DNA from: a virus
Virus record (IMG/VR): IMGVR_UViG_3300023184_000034
Coordinates: 1 to 64,000 of that record
Length of the DNA stretch: 64,000 nt
Strand: one strand, 5' to 3'
Within the stretch, counting starts at the first letter, position 1. The number at the start of each line of letters is the position of its first letter. Made by a program: the position numbers and the translations under genes. The notes below the pieces were generated by a model, which searched no databases, was not told where the DNA came from, and saw only the letters and a program-made list of their open reading frames with translations. Shown in pieces: positions 9,121-18,769 of this stretch.

Positions 9121-12100
9121 TTACCCAAGTATAAGGGTATATAGAAACGTGAGGTCGTTCATGTCTGATTCAGAAACTGTGGCATTGCCAGTACCTACCC
9201 AAGATGTCCACACAGAGCCAGTGTATACTTCAGCAAAACCAGATACAGTGTTGTATCTAATTGCACCTTGCAATGCAGTAATTGGATAATCAGAGTTAGT
9301 GCCTAACGGGATTACAACACCGCTTTTGCCGCCAAATTTCCAGTGGCCTTGGTTGGTAGAATCAAAAGAAATGTTGGTGCTGGTGGCGTTGGTCACAGTG
9401 TTGTCTTTGACATTAACAAAACTTTTTAAATTTATTTTGCCAGTGCCGTTGGGTACAAACGCCACATCTGTGTTGGTTTGTGTGTTTTGAACAGTGCTGA
9501 CTGATACACCAACATTACCTGATACCAGATTCACAGTGGTCAGTGTGCTGGAACTTATTGTGGTAGTGACCACATTACCGATAGCAAATCTCAATGTGCT
9601 GTCTGCGGCATTTGGCGTCAATTCAGCAGTGGCATAAGTTTGCTGATCCTGGCTATACAAGTTAAAGAAATTAACATATCCAGTATTACTATAACCTTCA
9701 ATATTATTATACAAGCTGTTATAACGTGTTTCACCGTTGGATGCTAGTACTCTTGTGCTGTTATTGCCTATTGGCAATATTAAACTTTTTGTGGAATTTA
9801 TCTCCACATTCCCCGTGCCGTTAGGAGTAAACAAAATACTTTTTTGTGTGTCCGTGGTTGCACTGGGCCAGATGTTAGTAATATTGTTGTTGTTAAATTT
9901 CAAATATTCAACATTTACAGATCCAGCACCATTGGCTGTATACTGCACAGTTTGGTTACCGACTGTTCCAGCCACTGTGTTGCCATATATGGTAAAATTA
10001 CTTAACATCAACTGTGAAGAAAGTCCAGTGATGGCAATATTATTTGTTCCAACAGCGCCTGTTATCAACGCACCGCTGGCGCCAGATTGTGTCCAATTAC
10101 CCAACTGAGTGATTGCACCAGTTGCAACATTGTTGTTTAGAGAGGTGGTTCCAGTTACTGCCAGTGTTCCACTAATCAAAACATTATTATTAAATTTTGT
10201 TGCACTGGTTATTTCAACAGTCTGTCCGGTGTTGGCTGTTAATTTCAAATTGCTACCACTGGCTGTTCCTGTAATTACACTTCCGTTAATTGTTATAGTT
10301 GGCAATGTTAATGGATTTTCTGCTGTGATATTTCCAGAACTCACTGTTCCCAGTGCTGCATTACCAGTAACATTATAACTGCCTGTCTGCGTAATTGCAC
10401 CAGTTGCAACATTGTTGTTTAGGGCAGTGGTTCCAGTTACTGCCAGTGTTCCGCCAATATTAATATTGTTAGAATTTGGTAAATTTAATTTAGAAAATAC
10501 CACTGATCCAGAACCATTTGCAACCAATCGTAAATCACTATTGGTGGTGTTTGTTTGAATTGTGTTAGTGGTTAATGTTATGTTGCCATTATTAAATGTA
10601 ACACCATACACATTATTCCAATACAATGCTGGTTTTTCAGCAACAGGTGCAAGTGGGGTAGATGTACTGTAGGTAACTCCGCTTATATTGGATAAGATTT
10701 GTGTTCCGCTGGCGTCTGTGAGGTATGCACCACTGTTGGCCACAATTAACAATAACTTTGTATTTGCACTGGTTGTTAACGGTGCGGTGGGAACTGAAAT
10801 ACTAGACACAGTTGGATCGTAGTAGTTTGACCCTATAGTTAATTTTATCTGTGTTAGGTATCCTGTAAAAAAATAAGAAGATCCTGCCACAGCTCCGATG
10901 AGTCCGCTAGGCCCGGTATAGTTTGTGGTATTTGATGCGGATCCTGTGGCTTTGACTCCGTCTAAAAATACTGATGTGTTGTTCGCGCTGTTTCTTGTTA
11001 CCGCAATGTGATGCCATGTGTTTATGGTTATTGGGCTGACTGTGTACTGCGCAGCATCCACATAGGATCTATCAATCTGTATAATAGTTACTGGATTGAT
11101 GCCATTGCCAAACAACCAGATTGACATTCCTCCTGGATTGGCAGCGCCTAGCAGTGTCTGTAGTCCATTACTGGCTGTGTAAAAAAAACATTCAAAGGTA
11201 TACGATTGTGTGCCTATTGTTTGAGGATCATTTAAAGCAAGATAATTACCACTAGAAAAAGTCAAACTACCACCGCTTGGTACACTGGCTTCGTAGTTTT
11301 GACCTAAATTGCCTGCATTGGTTGTACTTGGAATTAAATCACTATTAATTTTTGCTGTTACAGTTAATGTGTTACTATCAGTTGCACCAATGGTCACATT
11401 GCCGTTTAATGCATTTGTTCCAGATCCTGTAAAGTTGGTTGCAGTTAAATTTACTGTGGTAATACTGTTTGAATTGGCAGTGTTGGCATACATTGTGGAC
11501 CATCTTAATGCTGACTGGCCTAAATTCCAAACGTTATTGGTATTTGGAATAATGTTACTGGCTATCTCTGCGCCAAAGGTCACTGTGTCTTGTGATAAAT
11601 TATCACCAAATTGTAAATTGCCGTCCCAGGTAATATTACCAGTAGCATGTAAATCACCGGTTACTGTTGTATTACCAGTTAAATTGATATCACCGGTGGC
11701 CTGGGCAGTAAAATTAATATTGCTGGCGCCAACAACAAGTTCTGGAACATTGGTATATAGAACGCTGGTGCCGTCATTGGCTACAAAAATATGCCCATCC
11801 TGTGTGATCAGTGCAGTACTTACATTTGTAGAAATATACAGACTACTAATAGTGTTGCCGTACAGATATAAATTTGCTGTGCTTAATCCCGGAGTAGTAA
11901 CTGTGGGATTGCTACTTTGATTTGGCTGGATTGTTATGGATCCAGTGGAGTGTTGAATTTGATTTGTACTGATAACAAAATCACCGATTGCACTGACATA
12001 TGGTACAATTAAATTAGTGGTGTTGGTTGTGTTGTTGATGAATAGCTCAACAGTTGGGCTTCCGTACTTGACACCAATACGTTTGTTTTTTACATCAATG

Positions 12101-12195
12101 TAAAGTAATTGTGTTTCAAAGGCAAGATCAACGCCGTTGCGCAGCAAGTTGTCTGCTAGCAATGGGCCACTTATTCTACCTAGTTCTCGCCCCAT
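9121..12195 (-). CDS. Tail-fibre-like structural protein (1024 aa) with inserted LamG/concanavalin-A-like lectin domain
   Basis: Paralogue of 6696-8999; segment YTFECFFY...ITINTWHHIAVTRNSANNTSVFLDG...FFTGYLTQIKL is typical of LamG_3. Confidence 0.82.
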   Translation of the reverse strand: MGRELGRISGPLLADNLLRNGVDLAFETQLLYIDVKNKRIGVKYGSPTVELFINNTTNTTNLIVPYVSAIGDFVISTNQIQHSTGSITIQPNQSSNPTVTTPGLSTANLYLYGNTISSLYISTNVSTALITQDGHIFVANDGTSVLYTNVPELVVGASNINFTAQATGDINLTGNTTVTGDLHATGNITWDGNLQFGDNLSQDTVTFGAEIASNIIPNTNNVWNLGQSALRWSTMYANTANSNSITTVNLTATNFTGSGTNALNGNVTIGATDSNTLTVTAKINSDLIPSTTNAGNLGQNYEASVPSGGSLTFSSGNYLALNDPQTIGTQSYTFECFFYTASNGLQTLLGAANPGGMSIWLFGNGINPVTIIQIDRSYVDAAQYTVSPITINTWHHIAVTRNSANNTSVFLDGVKATGSASNTTNYTGPSGLIGAVAGSSYFFTGYLTQIKLTIGSNYYDPTVSSISVPTAPLTTSANTKLLLIVANSGAYLTDASGTQILSNISGVTYSTSTPLAPVAEKPALYWNNVYGVTFNNGNITLTTNTIQTNTTNSDLRLVANGSGSVVFSKLNLPNSNNINIGGTLAVTGTTALNNNVATGAITQTGSYNVTGNAALGTVSSGNITAENPLTLPTITINGSVITGTASGSNLKLTANTGQTVEITSATKFNNNVLISGTLAVTGTTSLNNNVATGAITQLGNWTQSGASGALITGAVGTNNIAITGLSSQLMLSNFTIYGNTVAGTVGNQTVQYTANGAGSVNVEYLKFNNNNITNIWPSATTDTQKSILFTPNGTGNVEINSTKSLILPIGNNSTRVLASNGETRYNSLYNNIEGYSNTGYVNFFNLYSQDQQTYATAELTPNAADSTLRFAIGNVVTTTISSSTLTTVNLVSGNVGVSVSTVQNTQTNTDVAFVPNGTGKINLKSFVNVKDNTVTNATSTNISFDSTNQGHWKFGGKSGVVIPLGTNSDYPITALQGAIRYNTVSGFAEVYTGSVWTSWVGTGNATVSESDMNDLTFLYTLILG
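10112..10452. repeat. Near-perfect 59-nt direct repeat (10112-10170 and 10394-10452)
   Basis: attgcaccagttgcaacattgttgtttag-N4-gtggttccagttactgccagtgttcc, 3 mismatches, 282 nt apart; encodes GTLAVTGTT(A/S)LNNNVATGAI. Confidence 0.85.
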
Positions 12196-12212
12196 GCGTT
12201 GCTCCTAGTTAA

Positions 12213-13250
12213 TTATTGGTCAAAACCAAGCAATGCAATGACAGTTTTTCCGTAAGGTACTGGAGTACTGAAATTTAAAAAGTATCCAGAACCAACACCG
12301 CTGGTTTTAATAATAGTATAGGCAGTGTTAACAGCCACAGTGCCGGTTGTGATTACAGCAGGACCAAATGTAACACTTATTAATGCACCTGTATTGAGAT
12401 CCGATACATAGCTAGAAATTGTAGAAGTAGCAAGATTGGTTCCTGAAATTGTGCCGCCCACTAGATTCACACTGGGATACACAGTGGTTGATGCTGCAAC
12501 TTCGCCGCTGGTTTGGTAAGTTGCAGTGGTTGCACTTGCAAAACTCACGCTGCCAGTGGTGCTGGCAGTGACAGTGAATACTCCATTATAGTTACCAACG
12601 CCGCCTGTTGAAAGTATTCCAGTAACTGTGATACTGGCACCAATGGCAAATGGTGTTTGAACTGCAGTGCCAAATGTGAGAACTGCTGTGCTGCCATTTC
12701 CGGTAGCACCAGTAACTGTTAAACTTGTGTTAAAATACAAAGTTGATGCGCTCACAACAGCATTGTAACTCAGAGTGGGTGTGTATGTTTCAGATGGTAT
12801 GGTTGGATTGTTGGCAATTGTGTAGTTGATGCCGCTGACCTGAATAACGTTTTCAACAACAACTATGATATTTTGACCGCCCACTGTGGTGTTGTTGGCT
12901 TGGTTACTGGGATTATAATAAGTTGCGTTTAATGGTCCAAAGTATGTGTTGTTACTGTCGCCGGCACCTAAATTTTGTTGAGTGATCAGTTGTTGTTCGG
13001 TAAAACGCAATGCTCTCCAACGTCCAGCAGAGTACACTTCTACTTGCCCGCCTGTGACAGCATCTGAATTGTAACGAATCATGCCGTTTGATTGAGTACT
13101 GGTGGGTCGTTGAGCATTGGTGCCCACTGGCAACTGTAAACTGCCTTTGTTAACAGGGTTCAACACAACATGCGTGTCTGTATGATCCACAAATACAGAT
13201 GTGTGATTTGCCACTCGACGATTGATGTTTTGTTGTTTTAAGTATCTCAT
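12213..13250 (-). CDS. Virion structural protein (345 aa)
   Basis: LQLPVGTNAQRP...GMIRYN motif, NIIVVVENVIQVSGINY, and C-terminal LNFSTPVPYGKTVIALLGFD typical of large-myophage structural proteins. Confidence 0.75.
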   Translation of the reverse strand: MRYLKQQNINRRVANHTSVFVDHTDTHVVLNPVNKGSLQLPVGTNAQRPTSTQSNGMIRYNSDAVTGGQVEVYSAGRWRALRFTEQQLITQQNLGAGDSNNTYFGPLNATYYNPSNQANNTTVGGQNIIVVVENVIQVSGINYTIANNPTIPSETYTPTLSYNAVVSASTLYFNTSLTVTGATGNGSTAVLTFGTAVQTPFAIGASITVTGILSTGGVGNYNGVFTVTASTTGSVSFASATTATYQTSGEVAASTTVYPSVNLVGGTISGTNLATSTISSYVSDLNTGALISVTFGPAVITTGTVAVNTAYTIIKTSGVGSGYFLNFSTPVPYGKTVIALLGFDQ

Positions 13251-13609
13251 TATACTGGCAGTGTGCTGATTAAAAATGACACAACGTTTGCTTGGCCAGC
13301 GGCCACCATGGCAACTATTGTGTCGTTGTTGGTTAACACCAACTTTTCTTGATCCAGGCTCACAGTCTCACTTGCTGGAATGTTCAATGCATTGATAATC
13401 ATATTGGCTGCACTGGCTGCACCAATTGTGGTGCCGCTGTTGGTTGAAGGCACAGCATAAAGTGTCAATGTTGCTGATGTGCTGACACTGGTGTTGCATA
13501 TCATGATGCAAGTTATAGCATTGCCAGTTTGTGGACTTGTGACCAAACTGGTGTAAACTATTTTTGTAGTTGGGCTTGCCACATCGATTAGTGTTGCTGC
13601 GATTGCCAT
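13250..13609 (-). CDS. Small virion structural protein (119 aa)
   Basis: Stop overlaps the next start (TAATG); AGGA SD; similar to the C-terminus of 5835-6692. Confidence 0.75.
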   Translation of the reverse strand: MAIAATLIDVASPTTKIVYTSLVTSPQTGNAITCIMICNTSVSTSATLTLYAVPSTNSGTTIGAASAANMIINALNIPASETVSLDQEKLVLTNNDTIVAMVAAGQANVVSFLISTLPV

Positions 13610-13618
13610 GGTTGTTCC

Positions 13619-14665
13619 TTATAATAAAATACTTAGTAATACAGCTCTGTTGCGGCTAACTAATTCATCAGGCGTTTGTGATGCATTTTGATTGGTGAAG
13701 TATATACCTGTTTTTCCAGGACCAATTGTGGATCTAGAATAAATTTGAGTGCCTGCGCTGTTGTAAGTGGGTGCGCTGGCTTGATTATCCAGTTGCATAA
13801 CACCGCTGACTTCAATGGTGTTTGTTGCAGTTGCTGATAAAATTAAATTATTTGTGTTGTTGTTAACAGTGTCGGTGTAGAGGTTCACATTGTTGACTGT
13901 CAAGCCAGACGCACTGATAGTGGCTTTGGTAACTGTGCTGATTTGAAATAGTATGCTGCTGGCATACACTCGAATACTGGCAGTGGCAGAAGCAAACGGC
14001 CCGTCAATTGGAAAATATAACCTGTCCACTGAGGCAACACCTTCTGAGGCAGCTACGTATTTTGTGATAAATCTTCTGTTGGGTATAAAGTTGTTTTCAG
14101 TTGTTCTGGTTGAACCCAACAATGGATACATCAAATTTGCATAAGCTTCTCCCAACTGTCCAGCACCATCGCTGCCAGTATTGGCCACAGCAAGTGCATA
14201 TGGTTGATTCTGCATGTCAAACACAAAATTGGTGCTGCCTGAATTGGAAATAGATGCAAGTTGCAGGCCTTTGAGTGTGCCGTCTGCTGTTTTCAACACA
14301 AAGGTGCCCAACACTGTGCTGGATGTTACTGGGTCATAATGTGATTGATTTTCTTTAAAAACAAACAGTGCATCAGAATAGTTGCCTCGCTTGATTCTAA
14401 TACCAGATTGTCTGGCAAGATCAAATACTCCAGCTGGGTCAACACCGTTGCCAGTTTGCCCGTAATTCAAATCTAGTATGTTGTCTGTGATCCGTGTGTT
14501 GGTACTTTCAACGTAGGTGATAGCACCTTGAACGTCAAGATTACCCAGTATTGTGACATAGCCGTAGCTGCCTGGGATACTGTTAACTGTATCCAGAATA
14601 ATATTGCCGCCTGGCTTTACTCGTATTCTGTAATCACCGTTATCAACATTCAATACTCTTGACAT
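13619..14665 (-). CDS. Virion structural/fibre-like protein (348 aa)
   Basis: VTILGNLDVQGAITYVESTNTRITDNILDLN...SGIRIKRG motif common in phage fibres; AAGGA SD. Confidence 0.75.
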   Translation of the reverse strand: MSRVLNVDNGDYRIRVKPGGNIILDTVNSIPGSYGYVTILGNLDVQGAITYVESTNTRITDNILDLNYGQTGNGVDPAGVFDLARQSGIRIKRGNYSDALFVFKENQSHYDPVTSSTVLGTFVLKTADGTLKGLQLASISNSGSTNFVFDMQNQPYALAVANTGSDGAGQLGEAYANLMYPLLGSTRTTENNFIPNRRFITKYVAASEGVASVDRLYFPIDGPFASATASIRVYASSILFQISTVTKATISASGLTVNNVNLYTDTVNNNTNNLILSATATNTIEVSGVMQLDNQASAPTYNSAGTQIYSRSTIGPGKTGIYFTNQNASQTPDELVSRNRAVLLSILL

Positions 14666-14682
14666 TCTATATCCTTATAGTT

Positions 14683-14700
14683 GGGGGACCCAAGTCCCCC
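14683..14700 (-). other. GC-rich intergenic hairpin (mRNA stabiliser, attenuator or processing site)
   Basis: GGGGGAC-TTGG-GTCCCCC right after the stop of 14708-15733; no U-tract follows. Confidence 0.55.
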
Positions 14701-14707
14701 GGCCTAA

Positions 14708-15733
14708 TTAAGCGTTTTCTACTAGTAATGAATCACCTGCCACCGCTGCAGACATGTTCCATTTGACTGCTGCGCCGGTAGCAAATGCTGTACCAGTACC
14801 ACGAGTTACAGTGGCTTTACGTGCTGTGATTTTAGTAGCAAAATAAGTTCCGGCAGCATAGTCAGTAAACTTAACACTGCCTTCTCCAGCAGCGGTTGCC
14901 ACCGACGATTTTAGTTTAACAATACCAGTACGTGTACCGTCTGTTACTTTGAAACGGTTTGTTGATACTTGTTTGATAATGTCAACTACAACTGCTGCAC
15001 CGCCTGTTAAACGTGCTGTCATCAAAATTGTATTTTCTTGATTTGTTGCTGAACCAACAGCACCTGTATCAACAGACAAGTTTGAAGTGATACGAGTAGC
15101 AGTACCAGTGCCTGTTGTGTATGTAAATGTAGGCGCACTTGTGTAACCAGAACCTGTCTCAGTAACAGTGAAACCAGTAATGCGGCCAGCGATTGCTGTG
15201 GCGCCAACTACTGTCAATGTAATATCGTTAGTTACAGTAACACCGCCAATTAATGCGCCGTCAATTTTAATTGTGTCGGCAGCGGCATATCCTGCGCCAG
15301 CAGTAGTTACTGTAACAACTGTGTTTGCGTTATAGTTTGTGCCACCTGTGCGTACGATAGTAAACACAGCTCCAGTACCTGTGGTAGTGCCGCCGGCCTT
15401 TTGTGCCAAGCCAGTGTATGTTGCTGTAGTTGCAACTGCTGTGCCGGTGGCTGTGAATGTGTTTGTGTCAGCTGCGCTGGTGTTGGCGGCAACAGTTAAA
15501 AATGCTCCAACTACACTTCTAATAGTGACAGCAGCTCTAACACCATTTGGTAACTGTGGAGTGGATAATGTTACTTGTGTTGTTGAATTGTGTGTGAACC
15601 CTGCTGTATCGTTGGCTCCAGTCCAAGTAATTGTGCTTGTGATGCCTTGGCCACCAATACGATTATCAGATGCGGTGCTGGTGGAACCGATGTTACGGTT
15701 ACCAAAAAATTTCTTATTTAAAGGACGTCCCAT
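14708..15733 (-). CDS. Probably abundant virion protein (341 aa), possible head decoration or fibre
   Basis: MGRPLNKKFFG start, T/G/A-rich, strong AAGGAG SD, own late promoter, two genes downstream of the major capsid gene. Confidence 0.75.
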   Translation of the reverse strand: MGRPLNKKFFGNRNIGSTSTASDNRIGGQGITSTITWTGANDTAGFTHNSTTQVTLSTPQLPNGVRAAVTIRSVVGAFLTVAANTSAADTNTFTATGTAVATTATYTGLAQKAGGTTTGTGAVFTIVRTGGTNYNANTVVTVTTAGAGYAAADTIKIDGALIGGVTVTNDITLTVVGATAIAGRITGFTVTETGSGYTSAPTFTYTTGTGTATRITSNLSVDTGAVGSATNQENTILMTARLTGGAAVVVDIIKQVSTNRFKVTDGTRTGIVKLKSSVATAAGEGSVKFTDYAAGTYFATKITARKATVTRGTGTAFATGAAVKWNMSAAVAGDSLLVENA

Positions 15734-15829
15734 TTTGTTTTCTCCTTAGTGAAAAACGGCGTTCTAGGCCGTACGCGGTTGGATTTCCGCATAAAATCCA
15801 CCCTGTGTGGATTGTACCATGTATTTATG
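15734..15829 (-). promoter_or_regulatory. Late promoter CATAAATA (15822-15829) plus three-hairpin leader and AAGGAG SD
   Basis: Stems 15795-15813, 15775-15790 and 15756-15772; SD at 15742-15747. Confidence 0.6.
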
Positions 15830-16406
15830 CGTAGGTGATTCTTATGTTGGCTTGCGACAAATATGCAATATCCCTGTGCGGGTATATGACATTACTTTTG
15901 AAACTGATCACAATGCCAAAAGTGGGATTTGCCACATCAGTGGGTGCAAGAGTAGTTCCCCACAAGTTGTCAACACCTCCATATATGTTTAAATCTCCAA
16001 CAGGATCCAACGGCGTTGTAAAATCTCCAGTGTACATATCGCTTTGTACAGGATTCACATTGCTGGCCAAATTATCGCCAATCACAGCACCGTTGAGTGT
16101 TAGTTGAATGATTAAATCTTCAATTCTTGCAGCACGTTGTACATTGATCTGACATTCTATTCCCACAACAGGTCTAACACTGCTGGGTATATTGTATCCA
16201 GTACACCACAGTTGACTTGTGTTGCTTAAAAACTTTTCCATCCAAAATCCACTAATAGTGTACAGTGATTTTTTACTGGTGGCAATTGCATTGTCAGATA
16301 GCACAGAAGCATTAAAGTCCCAATCTATTGAGTTGTAACCAGTCACTTGGTTAGCGATATTGACATTAGATAAAGTGTGCGGACTGTAAAAAGTTGTAGT
16401 GGTCAT
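15825..16406 (-). CDS. Hypothetical protein (193 aa; start moved to the ATG at 16406)
   Basis: The ORF-track start at 16433 lies inside the gp23 terminator; MTTTTFY at 16406 follows a GGTAAATA box. Confidence 0.7.
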   Translation of the reverse strand: MTTTTFYSPHTLSNVNIANQVTGYNSIDWDFNASVLSDNAIATSKKSLYTISGFWMEKFLSNTSQLWCTGYNIPSSVRPVVGIECQINVQRAARIEDLIIQLTLNGAVIGDNLASNVNPVQSDMYTGDFTTPLDPVGDLNIYGGVDNLWGTTLAPTDVANPTFGIVISFKSNVIYPHRDIAYLSQANIRITYA

Positions 16407-16420
16407 CTTATATTTACCCA

Positions 16421-16448
16421 AACAAAAAGGCATCCGAAGATGCCTTTT
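16421..16448 (-). terminator. Rho-independent terminator after the major capsid gene
   Basis: Minus strand AAAAGGCATC-TTCG-GATGCCTTTTTGTT: UUCG-capped stem followed by a U-tract. Confidence 0.9.
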
Positions 16449-16473
16449 CTATTTTACAAACTTTGGGTTTGAA

Positions 16474-17646
16474 TTAGCTGAACTTAACGTTACCGTTAGT
16501 AATAGCAACTAGACCCAAGTAGTCAGCAGCATTGCCCAAGCTAGATGCTGTGTTTGACAACTCAACATAACCATAACGTGTCATGAATGACACGACTGGC
16601 TCAAATGTTGATGGATCTAAAACAACACCACTGCTCATCAATGGAATGTATGGGCAATAGAATGCAGGTGCATCGCTCTCGCTTGATCCTTTGTAACCGA
16701 TTAGGATACTTGCAGAATCTTGAGCGTAGCTGTTTACATAAATCTTCATAGCGCCATTCAATGTACCAACAAACTTGGTGTTTGTAGGAGCTTCGAAAGT
16801 GCCTTCTGTTGTACGAGCAAATGCGCTAGTAGTAGCAGACTGAAGAATTGTCAATGCAAATGGGCTAACAACGGCGTAGTTACCAGCACCACGACGTGTA
16901 CGTTGAGCGATCAAGTTGCTTACGCGATTGATCTGAACAGCCAATGCAGCATGCTCGTCACCAACGAATGTAGCTGTACCAGATACAGCAGCTTGGTCAT
17001 AAGTCTGAGTAGCTGTGCCAGCCAAACTTGTCAACGAAGCAATGATTTCCTGGTCAATTTCAGCTGTGATTTCTTGTGCCAACGCAGCCATAACTTCTGC
17101 TTCAACGTCAATACCTTGTTGGGCTTGTGCGTCTTGAGCAGCTTCAAACGTCCAGCGAGCTGACAATTTACGTGTCTTGGCTTCAACTGTTTGTTTCAAG
17201 ATTTGGATGCTCATTCTGTTACCAGCACGACCTTCTAAAGTAGCTGTTGAAGCTGCCTTAGCGGTAGAACTTTCGTTTCCTGAATAAGCTTCAGCAATCT
17301 TGAATGGGCTCAATGCCTCTTCACCAGCTAATACTCCAGCACCTGATGAGCTATCTGCATAGCGAACACGCAATGTGTGGATTTGACCGACTGGACCAGT
17401 CATTGGTTGTACGCCAACTAACTCGTTAGCAATAACGGTTGGCATAACGCGGCGGATCACTGGAAGGATCACGCGATTTAGTGTTGCGACGTTACCGGCA
17501 GAAGTGGCACCAGTTGTTGGACTTTCCATCAAATACTTGCGAGTATTCTCAAGGGTTACACCCATTACTGATTTTTTTGTGCCTTGTAAGCCTTCTAATA
17601 GGGCTTCTTTAGTTTCTGCCCAACGTCCATTAAGTAGTTCTGACAT
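16474..17646 (-). CDS. gp23: Major capsid protein, T4 gp23-like
   Basis: LVGVQPMTGPVGQIHTLR, TVEAKTRKLSARWTFEAAQD, ALAQEITAEIDQEII, AFYCPYIPL, FMTRYG are gp23-family motifs; follows scaffold and protease genes. Confidence 0.97.
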   Translation of the reverse strand: MSELLNGRWAETKEALLEGLQGTKKSVMGVTLENTRKYLMESPTTGATSAGNVATLNRVILPVIRRVMPTVIANELVGVQPMTGPVGQIHTLRVRYADSSSGAGVLAGEEALSPFKIAEAYSGNESSTAKAASTATLEGRAGNRMSIQILKQTVEAKTRKLSARWTFEAAQDAQAQQGIDVEAEVMAALAQEITAEIDQEIIASLTSLAGTATQTYDQAAVSGTATFVGDEHAALAVQINRVSNLIAQRTRRGAGNYAVVSPFALTILQSATTSAFARTTEGTFEAPTNTKFVGTLNGAMKIYVNSYAQDSASILIGYKGSSESDAPAFYCPYIPLMSSGVVLDPSTFEPVVSFMTRYGYVELSNTASSLGNAADYLGLVAITNGNVKFS

Positions 17647-17658
17647 TTAAATTTCTCC

Positions 17659-18756
17659 TTAAAATTTTAGTCCAGCAAGACGACGGATATCAACGATATT
17701 GTTGTCTGCCTCGCTGCTACGGTTGGTGTTGGAAATTACTTTATTTCCGGTTATTTCTTTAGCCTCTACTAGTGCCTGTTTCTTCTGCGGAGCCTTACCA
17801 TTGATTACCGATGGTAAGTATTTTTCAAAACTTTCGTTTAGACGTTCTGTTTTCACAGTCTCCATCAACTCACCCATGATTGATTTTTGCTCTGTGTTTA
17901 GCGGAGCAAGTAATTCTGTCATGATTGCTTTTCTTGTTTGACTCTCTTTAAGAGTACGGATTTCAGCTTGTTTACTTTCTAAAATTTGTTCAGCTTGAAC
18001 AACAGCCTGCGCTGCTTCTTTCATTGCCAAATCTTTCAAGTCTATGACTTTGAGTAATTTTGCTGTTTCCGATTTTTCATTTAGGTAGCTGGTTTGATAC
18101 TCGGCGCTAAATGCTTCGAATAACTTGCGGCCAAAATCTGCACGGCGAGCTGCTTCGATGTCTTCCTTCAATGCGTGTATCTCTGAATGTAAATTCTGAG
18201 TCACAATTGATTCCACCATCGTTGCTGCACGTTGTACAAATTGTTGTTTTACCTTCTTGATTTCTTGACGACCTTCACGAACTAGACGAACTTTCGTTTC
18301 AGCTAGATCCTGCTTGTCTTTGTAAAACTCTGTAATTTCTTGAGCTAGAGCCTCAACTACGAATTTTTCCAGTGTACCAAATTTACTTGCCATTTGAACT
18401 TGATCTTCATGCAATTCTTTAACTTCTGAAGCCAACTGACGTGTAACAAATTTCTCCATTACAAATGCATTTTGCTTCATAGCTGTGGCATATTTGACTT
18501 TCATTTCTGCCAATTGCTTGCGATCGTCGGCAAACTCAACAATCTCAGCAGCTAGTTGTTCAGAGATCATGCGATCTACAGCTTCAACCATTGTGTTCTT
18601 GTCATGTTCGTATTTTTGTGCAAACTCTTCACGTAATTGTTGAGCGGCTTGTTCACGAGCTTCGTTCACACGACTCTCAAAAGCCATCTCGATTGACTCT
18701 TTGATCTCCTCAGAAATCACATTATTTTCAAATAAACTTTTTAGTGCATCCAACAT
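17659..18756 (-). CDS. gp22: Prohead scaffolding/core protein, gp22-like
   Basis: E/K/A-rich coiled-coil protein between the protease and capsid genes (T4 synteny). Confidence 0.85.
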   Translation of the reverse strand: MLDALKSLFENNVISEEIKESIEMAFESRVNEAREQAAQQLREEFAQKYEHDKNTMVEAVDRMISEQLAAEIVEFADDRKQLAEMKVKYATAMKQNAFVMEKFVTRQLASEVKELHEDQVQMASKFGTLEKFVVEALAQEITEFYKDKQDLAETKVRLVREGRQEIKKVKQQFVQRAATMVESIVTQNLHSEIHALKEDIEAARRADFGRKLFEAFSAEYQTSYLNEKSETAKLLKVIDLKDLAMKEAAQAVVQAEQILESKQAEIRTLKESQTRKAIMTELLAPLNTEQKSIMGELMETVKTERLNESFEKYLPSVINGKAPQKKQALVEAKEITGNKVISNTNRSSEADNNIVDIRRLAGLKF

Positions 18757-18769
18757 GTGATTCTCCTTA

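Noticed and set aside
7672-10452. Diversity-generating retroelement TR/VR pairs
   Set aside because: The repeats are intragenic and nearly identical, are not at C-termini, and no reverse transcriptase is in the window
14683-14700. Rho-independent terminator
   Set aside because: Strong stem but no U-tract on the coding strand; kept only as a generic hairpin
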